Positions 35,561-47,800 of a DNA stretch of 64,000 nt are shown here, piece after piece. Position 1 is the stretch's first letter; each line of letters opens with the position of its first letter. The DNA is from Macrostomum lignano. Its lineage: Eukaryota. The position numbers and the translations under genes were made by a program. The notes beneath the pieces are model-generated. The model was not told where the DNA came from, made no database searches, and saw only the letters and a program-made list of their open reading frames with translations. The stretch is from positions 62,001 to 126,000 of the forward strand of contig NIVC01001563.1 in NCBI GenBank assembly GCA_002269645.1, written 5' to 3'.

Positions 35561-35889
35561 GCCTTAGATGTGCCACGCAATAGTTGTGGCTGACCTATTG
35601 GTTGCACATGTGCCCATGTGCCCATTGAAGTTGGTTACATTTGGATTAAACATTGTCTACAAATATAGCTAATACCCCAATGAGGTCTCTGAAGCCATTT
35701 TTAGATATTTTTATACCAAACTTAGGTACATCATTTTTTATGGAAACTACCTGGTATATAATGCTAGCCAGCTAATATTATATTATGCAAGCAATTAATA
35801 AATTTATCTTTATCAAGAAGTCTATCTTAAAGGTGTAAAGAATTTCAGTAGCTAAAAATTCAGTTTCAGTTTTAATGATTATTTTACAG

Positions 35890-38800
35890 GGAGACCCTGA
35901 GTCATTGATCATCACACCGCAGAGCTTTGCAGCACTGCTAGGTGGCAGCTTTCAGGTGAGAAATTGTATATTTATTTAGAGAACTATGGATTAATAAACA
36001 GAATTTATCTAATAAAAATGGATCCAAAAGTAATTTCTTATTTGCATTCAGTCTAGAGAGACTTTTATAAAGCAAAAAATGAACTTAGGTCCTAGTTTGG
36101 TCAGGTTATTTTTCTGTACCAACAGCAGTGAATTCAACTTTATCAATTAAATTAAGCTGCTGCTGATCGACTGCCGCTCGTTCCTTGAGTTCAACACCAG
36201 CTGCATACGCGGCGCTATCAATGTGTGCTGTTCGCGGCTTGTTAGGAAACGTCTGCAACAGGGCAAGGTGAGGAGTAACATGTGTTGTGTAATAATTGGC
36301 AAATATATTGTTAAAAATTGATTTATGGAGTCGGCCACTTATGTGATCAACGAGTGTCCAGTGAGACATAACGGTAGAAATTAAAATAAAAGCCACAGAT
36401 TCTATATTATCTATATGTGTCACTCGCAGCATTCTCCCAGCACTCCCCCACAGACACCCCCACAGGCCACAGACACTGGGTGCTGCTAATGCTTGAGAGC
36501 AGCAAAATCTTTACTCTATGGTCCTAACCCTCAGGGTTTTCGCGCTGCGGGCCAGGCGGCTAGAGTGACATTAATCTGAGATAAAGCCTGCATGAGCTGT
36601 CATAATCTATGGGCCAAAAGTACGAGCTAGATGCCCGAAATCTGCTTTGAGCTGCTTTGGCATTTTATATTTAGATAATTCTCTTGGTTGAACAGTGGCC
36701 TATCCAGGACGTCAAGGTTGAGGCTGATCTCTCCCGTGGGAAAAAATAAATCTTTGTGCTCAATCGTCAATTGGATATTTTTCATTTTACGAGGGAGAGA
36801 GAAGCTTCTCAAGCCAGATTCAATATTTTCTACCGCCGCTACGCGCCACCATTTGATGCGGATAGTGTTACGCCCGCCTGCTTGTCATAGAGAGGGAGGT
36901 TGGGAGGTTTCGGTTGGTAGCAAATAATAAGTGATAAAATCGCATATCCGATCCGATTAAACTAAATCTCCGCTGAGGTCTCCTACCCTGCCTCATAGTA
37001 TGCGTCACCCAACATTGCGGTTTGGCGTAGCGCCTCCCCCCACCCTCCAAGATCAAGGCCAATAATGCCGACCGTGTGCAAAATGACGTCAGCGTGTGTT
37101 GCAGTCGTGCGCGTAAATGTTAGCTATAAAATATATTTAATCGTATAGTCCTATGCCTGTTAGCATAAGCTGTTATATACATGTGTGTGATTCGCTTGTT
37201 ATAGCAACCTTTAACAGCTACTTGTTATCCAGCGCAGTCTGTGTTCTGACTATTCTGACTCATTCTGCATAGAGTGCACGCATTAAGCGAGGCTCTTTCA
37301 AGGTCAAAAACGCTTTTTTTAACTAACCCCATTTAACCAAGTAAATTTCTGATAGGAGCATTTTCAACTGGGATGATCAATAATTCATTGTTCATTATGA
37401 GCATTTCCAACTATGTAATCAATGTTTATTATGAGCATTTTCAACTAGGTGATCAATGCTCATTATGAGCATTTTCAACTGCGATGATCATTGCTCATTA
37501 TGAGCATTTTCAACTGCGATGATCATTGCTCATTATGAGCATTTTCAAATTGGGATGGTCATTGCTCATTATGTTCATTTTCAACTGGGATGATCATTGC
37601 TCATTATGGTGATAAGGGGCTCTTAATTGGAATGACTATTACTAGTATCGGGATTTTTAGCAGGATGGCCATTGCTCGTATTGGGATTTCTAAAGATGAC
37701 TACTTCTCATATTGGGATTTTTGATGGGGATTTCGAGATCAAATCTGCTCAGTTCCTCGGAATGCTCAGCTCATACGCAGATTTTCGTGGAGGCCGGTGG
37801 GTTGGGAGATTTTCGCCGGATTAGAGGCATCTGTTGCTATTAGCTAGTCCCGAGGGATGTTCTGTAAATTTTTTTCCGGCTTATTTGCTATTCATATCTT
37901 CACTTACTTTTCTGTGTGTATAACAAAAATCATCTATCCTTTTATTACTGCATTCTCAAATATTGATTGCGCAACCAATTTGCATGTTTCTGAGTAACTG
38001 ATTTTACATGTATAATACTGTTACAGAAGGGCAGGCTGTTTGTGCGTGTATAGAATGTGTCATCGAGCTTGCTATATTAGATTAGCTACTTAATAATAGT
38101 GAGCTGTAGTGGCTTAGGTAAGCCTGGACAATTGAGAATTGTGTGAGAACTATAAACGATTACTCACACTTAAGCTAAACTGCAGAGACCGAACATTCGT
38201 GCGTGTGAATAATTTCACGTTTACCTTGCGGGTACGCGGCTGTCTGGCCATACACCCTAGATCCATTGATTTTCCCCATTACTGTAGAGTATCCATATTG
38301 AGTTTATAGTTGTTTTTTGTAGAGTAGTGAATCCCGGATGGCTTGTGTGACACACATGATTGACAAACTTGTCCGATATGGGTAAGGCGTTAGTTTCTGT
38401 TTATTTACTCTGCGTAAATTAATGAAATATGATGGTTAGATATGGTATTTGCGTTCTATTGAGGCCGTAGTCTAGTGTTTTAGTGCCTAGTGCGATTCCA
38501 GGTGTAGTTGCATTAATTTGGGGCTAAATCGGAATCTCAGCTTGGCTCTGCTTGTGCAATTAACGCCATTGAGGGCCAATCCCACAAGGCACAGTGAAGT
38601 GTACATGCCTAACCATAAATAAAAGTTAGGGCCGCTGTACAGATCATGTGTGAGTGTGTGCCTGTGCGGATGACTGCTCAGGGGAGTCGACGGAATGGGC
38701 AATAATGCCTCTCGCAGGTATGTATGTGACAGTGACAATGTCGATTATTAAAGTGCACCAGGGTGCATGTAGCTCCCTGTCTTTAATAAAGAAATAACGT

Positions 38801-41800
38801 CTTATACTACTGAATTATAAGTAGAAATAAGAGATAGATTCCGTATTATGAAATGAAATTTATGAAGAACGCTGGCTCATACAGGGAAGTAAAGAAATTT
38901 CAGTGCAATGTGTTTTTGTTTACTTCACTTAACATCTAAAAATAGTAGTTTGTAAAGTGTCAGATGGAGCTTACTTCGCGTTAGTCTGCTTGCCCGCGAC
39001 AACTGAAAATAAGAATACGCGAAATCGATAGCCCCTATAGCAGGCAAGGTGCGTGTTTACCTTACCTTATTGTACCTGCGCTGTGCACCTGACTGACTGA
39101 CTCATCGGCCCGCACTGCTATAGCCTCGATAGCCTGCTTATTGCTAGAAATACTTCAACTTAGATTTCCTGTTTGCGTCTCCTGCTGCCAAATATAGATA
39201 GAATTATTGTTTTAAGTAAGCTTAAGTAAAATCCCGAGGGCAACGCGTGTTGATTAACCGTTTTTTAATTATTATGGTGCCTGTGATTATCAAAACTGTT
39301 AATTAGATTTAACCATCTTTATTTTAATAGAAATTTCTCGAATACAGAGTGTTCGGCCCGTTAATAATTTGTTGTCTCAAGGCTAGTTCAAGTTTCCAAT
39401 TGAATTTTATTTAGTAAAAGAAGCGACCATGAAATCTGGGAAGTCTACGAAAAAATGCCAAAATTGCTAGAGTTATGCTTTCGCTCTACTATAAGTAGCG
39501 TTTATTTTTAAGCGATTGATTAGTAAGATATTTAAATTCAGTTTTATTGACTGCATTTAGCTGCGCAATCCAATGCGTGACCTGTCGCGCCCTCATTTTT
39601 TACCCAATTCACTTCAAGCAGCTTCTCCTCCCTCGGGCCGGACAATTACGTAATTGAGGGGAGTGGGCGAGCGTGTGTTTTTCTTTCTTACTTCTCTCCT
39701 CTCCTCACTCACTCCGCGCATCATCGTCACTTTGTGGCGGTGACTAATGCTTAATGCTGGGCTTGGGCCGCGGTTTTGCCTCGATTGACCTCCCTTTTCT
39801 TCTCTTTTTTTCTAACCCGCAAATCTTCCTGTTTCCCTTGGGAGACTTCTGGTAAGCATAAGTCCTGGCATATCGAGTCACGGTGCGTATGCGCCAACTA
39901 TATGGGGCATATATAATGTTTTTTTCTCAATTTTTATGTTTTATAGGCTCTCCAATCCCTATTCCCTTGAGCGGTTTCTTAAATTTTTGTCTACCTGGCT
40001 TTAGCTCCCTCCCCGAGCTCTTGCGTTGCATAATAATAATCCCACTAACGGATGCTGGGCTTTGGGATTTGAGAATCCGGTGCTCAGGCAGTTGAATTGA
40101 ACAGTTTAAAAAACTGTTTATTGGTACGCGTTGCCACTGCACGGCCGTTGTCAGCGCTTGTATAATAATAATAATATTAATAGTTGTGTGTAAAGAGTGA
40201 GTCAACGTATTTATTGCTTGGGCGTATGGCATTGGGAAATGGGAAAGGAAAGAAAATGAAAGGGATGAGGGAGAGACATGGGAGGAAGAGAGAGAGCGAG
40301 GGGGGTGTTCTGGGTTGTGACCTTAGCTGGCAGTGCTTCAGCTGGGGAATTGCTCTGCATTATAGTCACTTTGGTGGTTAAAGTGGCTGCTGATTCGTGT
40401 CACCAGTTCTAATTGAATTGAACCGGGAGCGTTGGCTAAACAGAAGACTGTACGATCTTGTAGATTGCCTGATTCCCAGTCTGGGAGGATGAGTGACCTT
40501 GTGTAGGCTTACTAAGAATAACCGTTAGGAATGACGATTGACCTGCTAGGGGATTTAGGGAGGGCGAGTGACCTAGACCTACTAGGAGTCCCAGTTAGAG
40601 GCCGAGTGACCTAGAGCCATTGAGTGTGCCATCTAGAGAGGCCGAATGACCTACACCTACTGAGAGTGCCATCTAGAGAGGCCGAGTGACCTAGACCCAC
40701 TGAGAGTGCCATCTAGAGAGGCCGAGTGACATAGACCCACTGAGAGTGCCAATTAGAGAGGCTGAATGACCTAGACCCACTGAGAGTGCCAATTAGAGAG
40801 GCCGAGTAACCTAGACCCACTGAGAGTAACAATTAGAGAGGCCGAGTGACATAGACCCACTGAGAGTGCCAATTTGAGAGGCCGAATGACCTAGACCCAC
40901 TAAAGAGTGCCAATTAGAGAGGCCGAGTGACCTAGAGCCACTTAGAGTGCCAATTAGAGAGGCTGAGTGACCTAGACCCAGTGAGAGTGCCAATTAGAGA
41001 GGCCGAGTGACCTAGAGCCACTTAGAGTGCCAATTAGAGAGGCTGAGTGACCTAGACCCAGTGAGAGTGCCAATTAGAGAGGCCGAGTGACCTAGAGCCA
41101 CTTAGAGTGCCAATTAGAGAGGCCGAGTGACCTAGACCCAGTGAGAGTGCCAATTCGAGAGGCCGAGTGACCTAGAGCCACTAGACCTAGAGTGCCAGTA
41201 CTCCAATTGCAATGAATATTCCCTAAACTTTGAAAATTTTCCGCAGCTGTCAATCGACGATCTGATCGCCTCGGGCAGTCCTGGCGGCGCTCGAACGCCT
41301 CCGTCGCCGAAGTCGCCGCCAGCTGGGGAAGCCTCGGCATCGGGAGGCGCCGAGAGTTCTGGCGTGCAGGCCGCCAAGGGCCCCGAGCCCGACCTGGTTG
41401 TTGTGTACGATCAGTGCTCAGATCGGCCGCCAATTGAAGCGGGCGATTCCAGCTTCCTAATGCTGCTGATGCAGCGCCTGGTGCGACAGTACAAAGCTGT
41501 CCGCCTGCTGCAGGGTGAGGCTGCTGATGACTCACTGCCCCCCTCTCCCTCTCTCTCAAGCCGGCTTCTTTTGAAGTTATGATCTGTAGTTGAGTGGATG
41601 GACGATCTAGATAATTTCAATTTTCCTCCCAACAAGTAACTATAGGATGAATTGAACTTTTTTGTAACCATTTACAATCCCCTTCTGAGTCACTTCGAAT
41701 GGGGGGAAGTGGATCCTGTTTCTGGACTCGGAAATCGGTTCTGAATAGAAGTGGCCGCGCCTGGTCCTAGGAATTTATCTATCCGCATGTGTGCGCGCAG

Positions 41801-44800
41801 TCATAGCGTTCAGATACAGCCCTAGATTTTTAGCTATGACTAACAATCTTTGTTTAAGTGCTTTAAAGCGTTTAACCCAAGCGCTGTCTTTCTAATGCTG
41901 TCTTGGGTTTGGCGGTCTACCCCGGCAGTTACTAGCTGAAGTAGCAAATTACTCATCTTATTGCTTAGTCACAATTTAGCCGCTTTATTTCGGCACCCAC
42001 CCGCCAACTATATAGACTTTGCTAGTTTTTGTTGTTTGTACGACATCTTGAATAGCTTTGGAGGTATCACCCGAGTTGTCTTTGTCTTATCATAGGTTCA
42101 TGCCCAAGTTGCTAGTTTGTTCCCAGTTGTCTCATTGGGTGAGATTTTGAAACTTCTGTGTCTCGCTGGTTAAGATTTTAACCAACGTTGGCTCGTTAGG
42201 ACTTCTGTGTCTCACGGGTGAGATTTTGGCACTTTGTGTCTCATTGGGTGAGATCTTGGGACCTCTGTGTCTCATTGGGTGAGATTTTGAGACTTCTGTG
42301 TCTCACGGGTGAGATTTTGGGACCTCTGTGTCTCATTGGATGAGATTTTGAGACTTCTGTGTCTCACGGGTGAGATTTTGGGACCTCTGTGTCTCATTGG
42401 GTGAGATTTTGAGACTTCTGTGTCTCACGGGTGAGATTTTGGGACCTCTGTGTCTCATTGGGTGAGATTTTGAGACTTCTGTGTCTCACGGGTGAGATTT
42501 TGGGACCTCTGTGTCTCATTGGGTGAGATTTTGTGACTTCTGTGTCTCACGGGTGAGATTTTGGGACCTCTGTGTCTCATTGGGTGAGATTTTGAGACTT
42601 CTGTGTCTCACGGGTGAGATTTTGGGACCTCTGTGTCTCATTGGGTGAGATTTTGAGACTTCTGTGTCTCACGGTTGAGATTTTGGGACCTCTGTGTCTC
42701 ATTGGGTGAGATTTTGAGACTTCTGTGTCTCACGGGTGAGATTTTGGGACCTCTGTGTCTCATTGGGTGAGATTTTGTGACTTCTGTGTCTCACGGGTGA
42801 GATTTTAGGACCTCTGTGTCTCATTGGGTGAGATTTTGAGACTTCTGTGTCTCACGGGTGAGATTTTGGGACCTCTGTGTCTCATTGGGTGAGATTTTGA
42901 GACTTCTGTGTCTCACGGTTGAGATTTTGGGACCTCTGTGTCTCATTGGGTGAGATTTTGAGACTTCTGTGTCTCACGGTTGAGATTTTGGGACCTCTGT
43001 GTCTCATTGGGTGAGATTTTGAGACTTCTGTGTCTCACGGTTGAGATTTTGGGACCTCTGTGTCTCATTGGGTGAGATTTTGAGACTTTTGTGCCTCACG
43101 GCTGAGATTTTAGGACTGCTGTGTCTTACAGATTGCGTCTATTTAAAGTATTTTTGCATGCTTTTTAGGTTGCTTGAAAATAAGAAATTGGTTGGGTAGC
43201 AGGTGCTTAGCTGCTATTGACGGCATCTCCTTGTTATTCCTTTGAAGCAGCAGACTCGCGCCGCAGCTTTCCTCCCGAGTTGGGAGTCAGTTGTCTCTGT
43301 TGATTAAAAAGTAGATTATAAAAATGCAAAAAGAATTGGATATGGGGAGCCTATTTAGACCGGTTATTAATCCACTGGTTGATAATCTGGCAGTTCGCAT
43401 GAGTCACCAAATTGAAATATGGCCATAGCCAGACCGTATACAATACGCAGGTCCTTCCTGTTTCATATATCGGCCATTTTATTTATGTTTGTTATACTAC
43501 GGCTTAATCAAGGACAGCTTAAGTAGAATTCTGGTTTCTTAGAAAATTTTGAGAGCTCATTGTTTTGTGATGGAATAAACGAATAAATGAAAATTTCCTA
43601 TCTCCGTAGTGTATTTTCCTGCGCAAACCCAGTCCTGCTCAAGTCGTCCTTGGTCTTGTGGGTTAATGTTACAACAACTGAGTCATTGCGCTTGTTTAAG
43701 GAGGCCGCACTATTAGCTAATAATATTTATCAAGTGCTGCTCTGCGGCTGACGAATTGTCAACGCTTTGTAGTGAGCTGGCACGTGCGCGCAGTCATATG
43801 ATGTCAACACATCCAGCGCACTCTCAGCCCGTCCAATGTATTTTTTTGTTTAAAAAAAGAAAACGCGCTTAGTCAGATTCTCTGTTCAACTGGCGACAGG
43901 GGCCGCTCGGGGGGGGGGGGGTAGCCCCGCTGCGTTGGCCTTAGCAACGGGAGTGGGCTTGGTTGGCAACGCTACGGAGATTCCCCTCTCTCAACCCCAC
44001 CCCCACGTCCCCTTATTGTCGCCCGCCCACTTAGTCAGCATTTCAGCCTCTCAGTTCTAATTAAATACTGCCGCTGGGTACATTGCTTGTGCGTGTTTCT
44101 CTTTTTCTAAAACCTATTCGGGAGAGAGGGCGGCGTTGCACATTGCTATAGTGATAGTCGCTCGCTGATTTGCTAAGGCTGTCCACTGAGGGAGAGAGAG
44201 CAGAGTGCGCCCGCCTCACACCCCTTGCATTTATCTTTTCTATAACTTATTCGACTCTCGGGATAGGAGGGTGCGAGTTATATCAACACGCGGCCATATT
44301 GCTCTGTCACCCTGTCCTCCTGTCCGCCCAGTCATCATTTTTTATTAATCTTCTACTGTGATCGATTTGCCCGTCACGATTTGCAATAAGCATGCTTGAA
44401 AATCGTGGCGGTACCGGCGGCGGCGTTAACGCCATCGTCACAGATCAGCCCCCGGCCGCCTCTGTCGTAGTCAATAGGCCCCGGCCTCCCTGTCGATTGT
44501 CCCTATCGACGCCAATGGCCGCTGCTTTAGCCTCTCCGTTGAGCCCAATCTCGGCTAATCCATGCGTTACCATGGCAACAACGCCGACAACAAATTTGGC
44601 GCGAAAGCGTCGCACCTGTATGGGTAAGTATCGATTCAAAAAGGATTAGCTAGGGCCCCTAATTGCCGTAGAATCCTCATTAGAAGCTGGGGTGTGGCTT
44701 GCATTTTGTCACTCTGCGCTGCTCCCATCGCTCAGCCCCGCTCCAATCTGCTTTGCTTTGGTTTTGACTATTTTCTGCCGCTTTTTTGCTATCTTAGCAA

Positions 44801-47800
44801 AATCTTGTAACCATTTTGATAGCTCAAACAGATTTTATAACTGTCCCGTGTGTGTCTAGCTATTTCCTATATCAGGCTTAGCTATTTCCTATATCAGGCT
44901 GAGCTACTTCCTATATCAGGCTTAGCTATTTCCTATATCAGGCTTTGCTGTTTCCTATATCAGGCTTACCTACTTCCTATATCAGGCTGAGCTACTTCCT
45001 ATATCAGGCTGTGCTACTTCCTATATCAGGCTTAGCTATTTCCTATATCAGGCTGTGCTACTTCCTATATCAGGCTTAGCTATTTCCTATATCAGGCTGA
45101 GCTACTTCCTATATCAGGCTTAGCTATTTCCTATATCAGGCTTTGCTGTTTCCTATATCAGGCTTACCTACTTCCTATATCAGGCTGAGCTACTTCCTAT
45201 ATCAGGCTGTGCTACTTCCTATATCAGGCTTAGCTATTTCCTATATCAGGCTGTGCTACTTCCTATATCAGGCTATGCTATTTCCTATCAGTCTGAGCTA
45301 TTTCCTATATCAGGCTTTGCTGTTTCCTATATCAGGCTTACCTACTTCCTATATCAGGCTTAGCTATTTCCTATATCAGGCTGTGCTACTTCCTATATCA
45401 GGCTGTGCTACTTCCTATATCAGGCTGTGCTACTTCCTATATCAGGCTGTGCTATTTCCTATATCAGGCTGTGCTACTTCCTATATCAGGCTTGCTACTT
45501 CCTATATCAGGCTTAGCTACTTCCTATATCAGGCTGTGCTACTTCCTATATCAGGCTTAGCTACTTCCTATATCAGGCTGAGCTACTTCCTATATCAGGC
45601 TTAGCTACTTCCTATATCAGGCTTAGCTACTTCCTATATCAGGCTTAGCTACTTCCTATATCAGGCTGAGCTATTTCCTATATCAGGCTGAGCTACTTCC
45701 TATATCAGGCTGAGCTATTTCCTATATCAGGCTGAGCTACTTCCTATATCAGGCTGAGCTACTTCCTTATATCAGGCTGAGCTACTTCCCAGAATCATGT
45801 CAACACTGTTACCAGCCTTTCTACTGTGAACTGAGTTTTTATTATGAAAAATCTTCTCACCTCTAGGCGGCTTCCTCAGCTTCTCGGCCGGCTATCCGCA
45901 GCACTGCGAGTCCAAGACCAGCCAGGACCCGGAGGCTAGCGAGAAACCCGCAGCTGAGCCTTCCGCTATCAGCCAGGGCCCGACTCGGGTGCTCAACTTT
46001 CTGTACGTCGGTTCGCAAGCCGACGCTCTAGACGAGGAGGTAATCAGACGGCACGGCATCACGCACATCCTGAACGTCAGCTCCTCCTGTCCGCAGTCTC
46101 GGCACGTGTCGCCTGATAATTTTCTACGCATCTCCGTTAACGATGGTTATGTTGACAGGCTGTTGCCGCATTTTCAACAGGCGTTTCAGTTTCTTGGTGA
46201 GCAATTCTTTTCATTAACATTTTTTATGGAGTTAACGATACCTACTAGCTCAGCGACTCTCGCGCCACGAACCCTGGTTCGATTCCTTGTGCGGCCACAT
46301 CAGACGGTTAGAAAATCAGGGCCGCTGTACACATGACTCAAAAAACTGTAATGTGACAGAGAGGCGACTGACTGTTCAGTCGCGAGAGCATCACGTCAGT
46401 TGCAGAATCCTAGTAAGAGTCGTGAAAAGTTATCCAAGAATCGTTGTGTTAGCGCTTAACTTTCTACTAACTAAAGTAGACTAAATAGAGTTTCCATAAA
46501 TGAAAAATGCGATTCTTATTCACAAAGTGACGCAGATGGCTTTAGACGCAACTCAGTGATTCTAAAGGGACTCAGGCATGTCTGAGATCCGACTCTACGC
46601 CCCCCCGAGTCATTATAGAAGCGCCCCAGAGTCGTTTCAGAGTCGCAGGCAATAAAACATCTCAAATTTATCTTTGACGACTTTTTGGCAACTTTTACCG
46701 TGGCATCTAATCGTTCTAGAGTTGTCTGGACTCACTTCTTTCCTCTTTTGATGCCGGTGACTCTAGGACACTTATTGGCCTTGGTACTGTTTTCATCGGG
46801 TCGTGCACAAGCCCCAAATGAGTGTGGCCGCGCACGCAATCGAACCCACGTACCACTGAGCTACTCCGCCCCATCGCATAGAAAGGCTTGGCTTTCTTAG
46901 GCTCGTCTCAGTTTGCATTCGCCATTCCATCGGTCCTTCAATTCAGAAAATGTCCGCGAAACGTCCGGCCGCTGTCTCGTCCACTGCCTGGCCGGCATCT
47001 CGCGGTCGCCCACGCTTTCGATCGCCTATATTATGAAGCACAAGAAGATGTCTCATGAAGATGCCTACAAGTAGGAATTTGTTAATTATTATTATTTCAA
47101 TTGTGTAATATTAGTTTCTGTAGGGAAATGTTTCATTTACTTTGCTATCCACATTTCCGCAGATTTGTTAAAGAGAAGCGCACCAACATATCGCCAAACT
47201 TTAACTTCCTGGGCCAGCTGCTTGAATTCGAAAAGCAATTGAAACGTTCGGAGAGCTTCTCCGAAGCCGCCTCGCCATCCGGCGGCGGTGGCGGCAGCGG
47301 CGGAGACGGCAGCGACTGTTGGGAGGCGAAACGACAGCGCACGACCGTCGCGAGCAGCCGCAGCCAGCCAGCGGGCTTCCTCCGGCCGCCGCCGCCTCCG
47401 CCGCTGCCAGCCTCGGCACAGAGTCCCACCACGGCGCTATCGCGGCTGTCCTTCACGCCGTGCGCCTCGGCGGCCGCCCTTCAACATCACAACCACCTGC
47501 CGGACTTTCCCGGCACAAGCCTGGAGCAGGTGGCCGTCACGCCCTGCCGGTCCGCCTCTGCTGCCACCTGCTCCGCTCCACCTACTCCGCCACCTCCGCT
47601 CACGTCGGCTCTGCCTCCGCCGCCGCCGCCTCCGGCGCCAGTTCGCACCACCAGCCGTCGAGTCAGCGGTCAACAGGCATCGGCAGGCAGCGGATCTTCG
47701 GCAGCCTCGCCGGCAGCGTCTTCGAATAGCGGGCAAGCCAGCCGACCTCACAGCGTTGTGCTGTCGGCTGCCTCTGCCGCCGCCGCTGTTCGCAAGAGCC

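Noticed and set aside
36106-36432. 108-aa minus-strand ORF
   Set aside because: Antisense to the DUSP rhodanese exon 36157-36267.
39650-39860. Another possible internal DUSP first exon (donor CTG|GTAAGC near 39851)
   Set aside because: Its only open ATG frame ends in phase 2, incompatible with the phase-0 acceptor at 41247. It could be non-coding but is unsupported.
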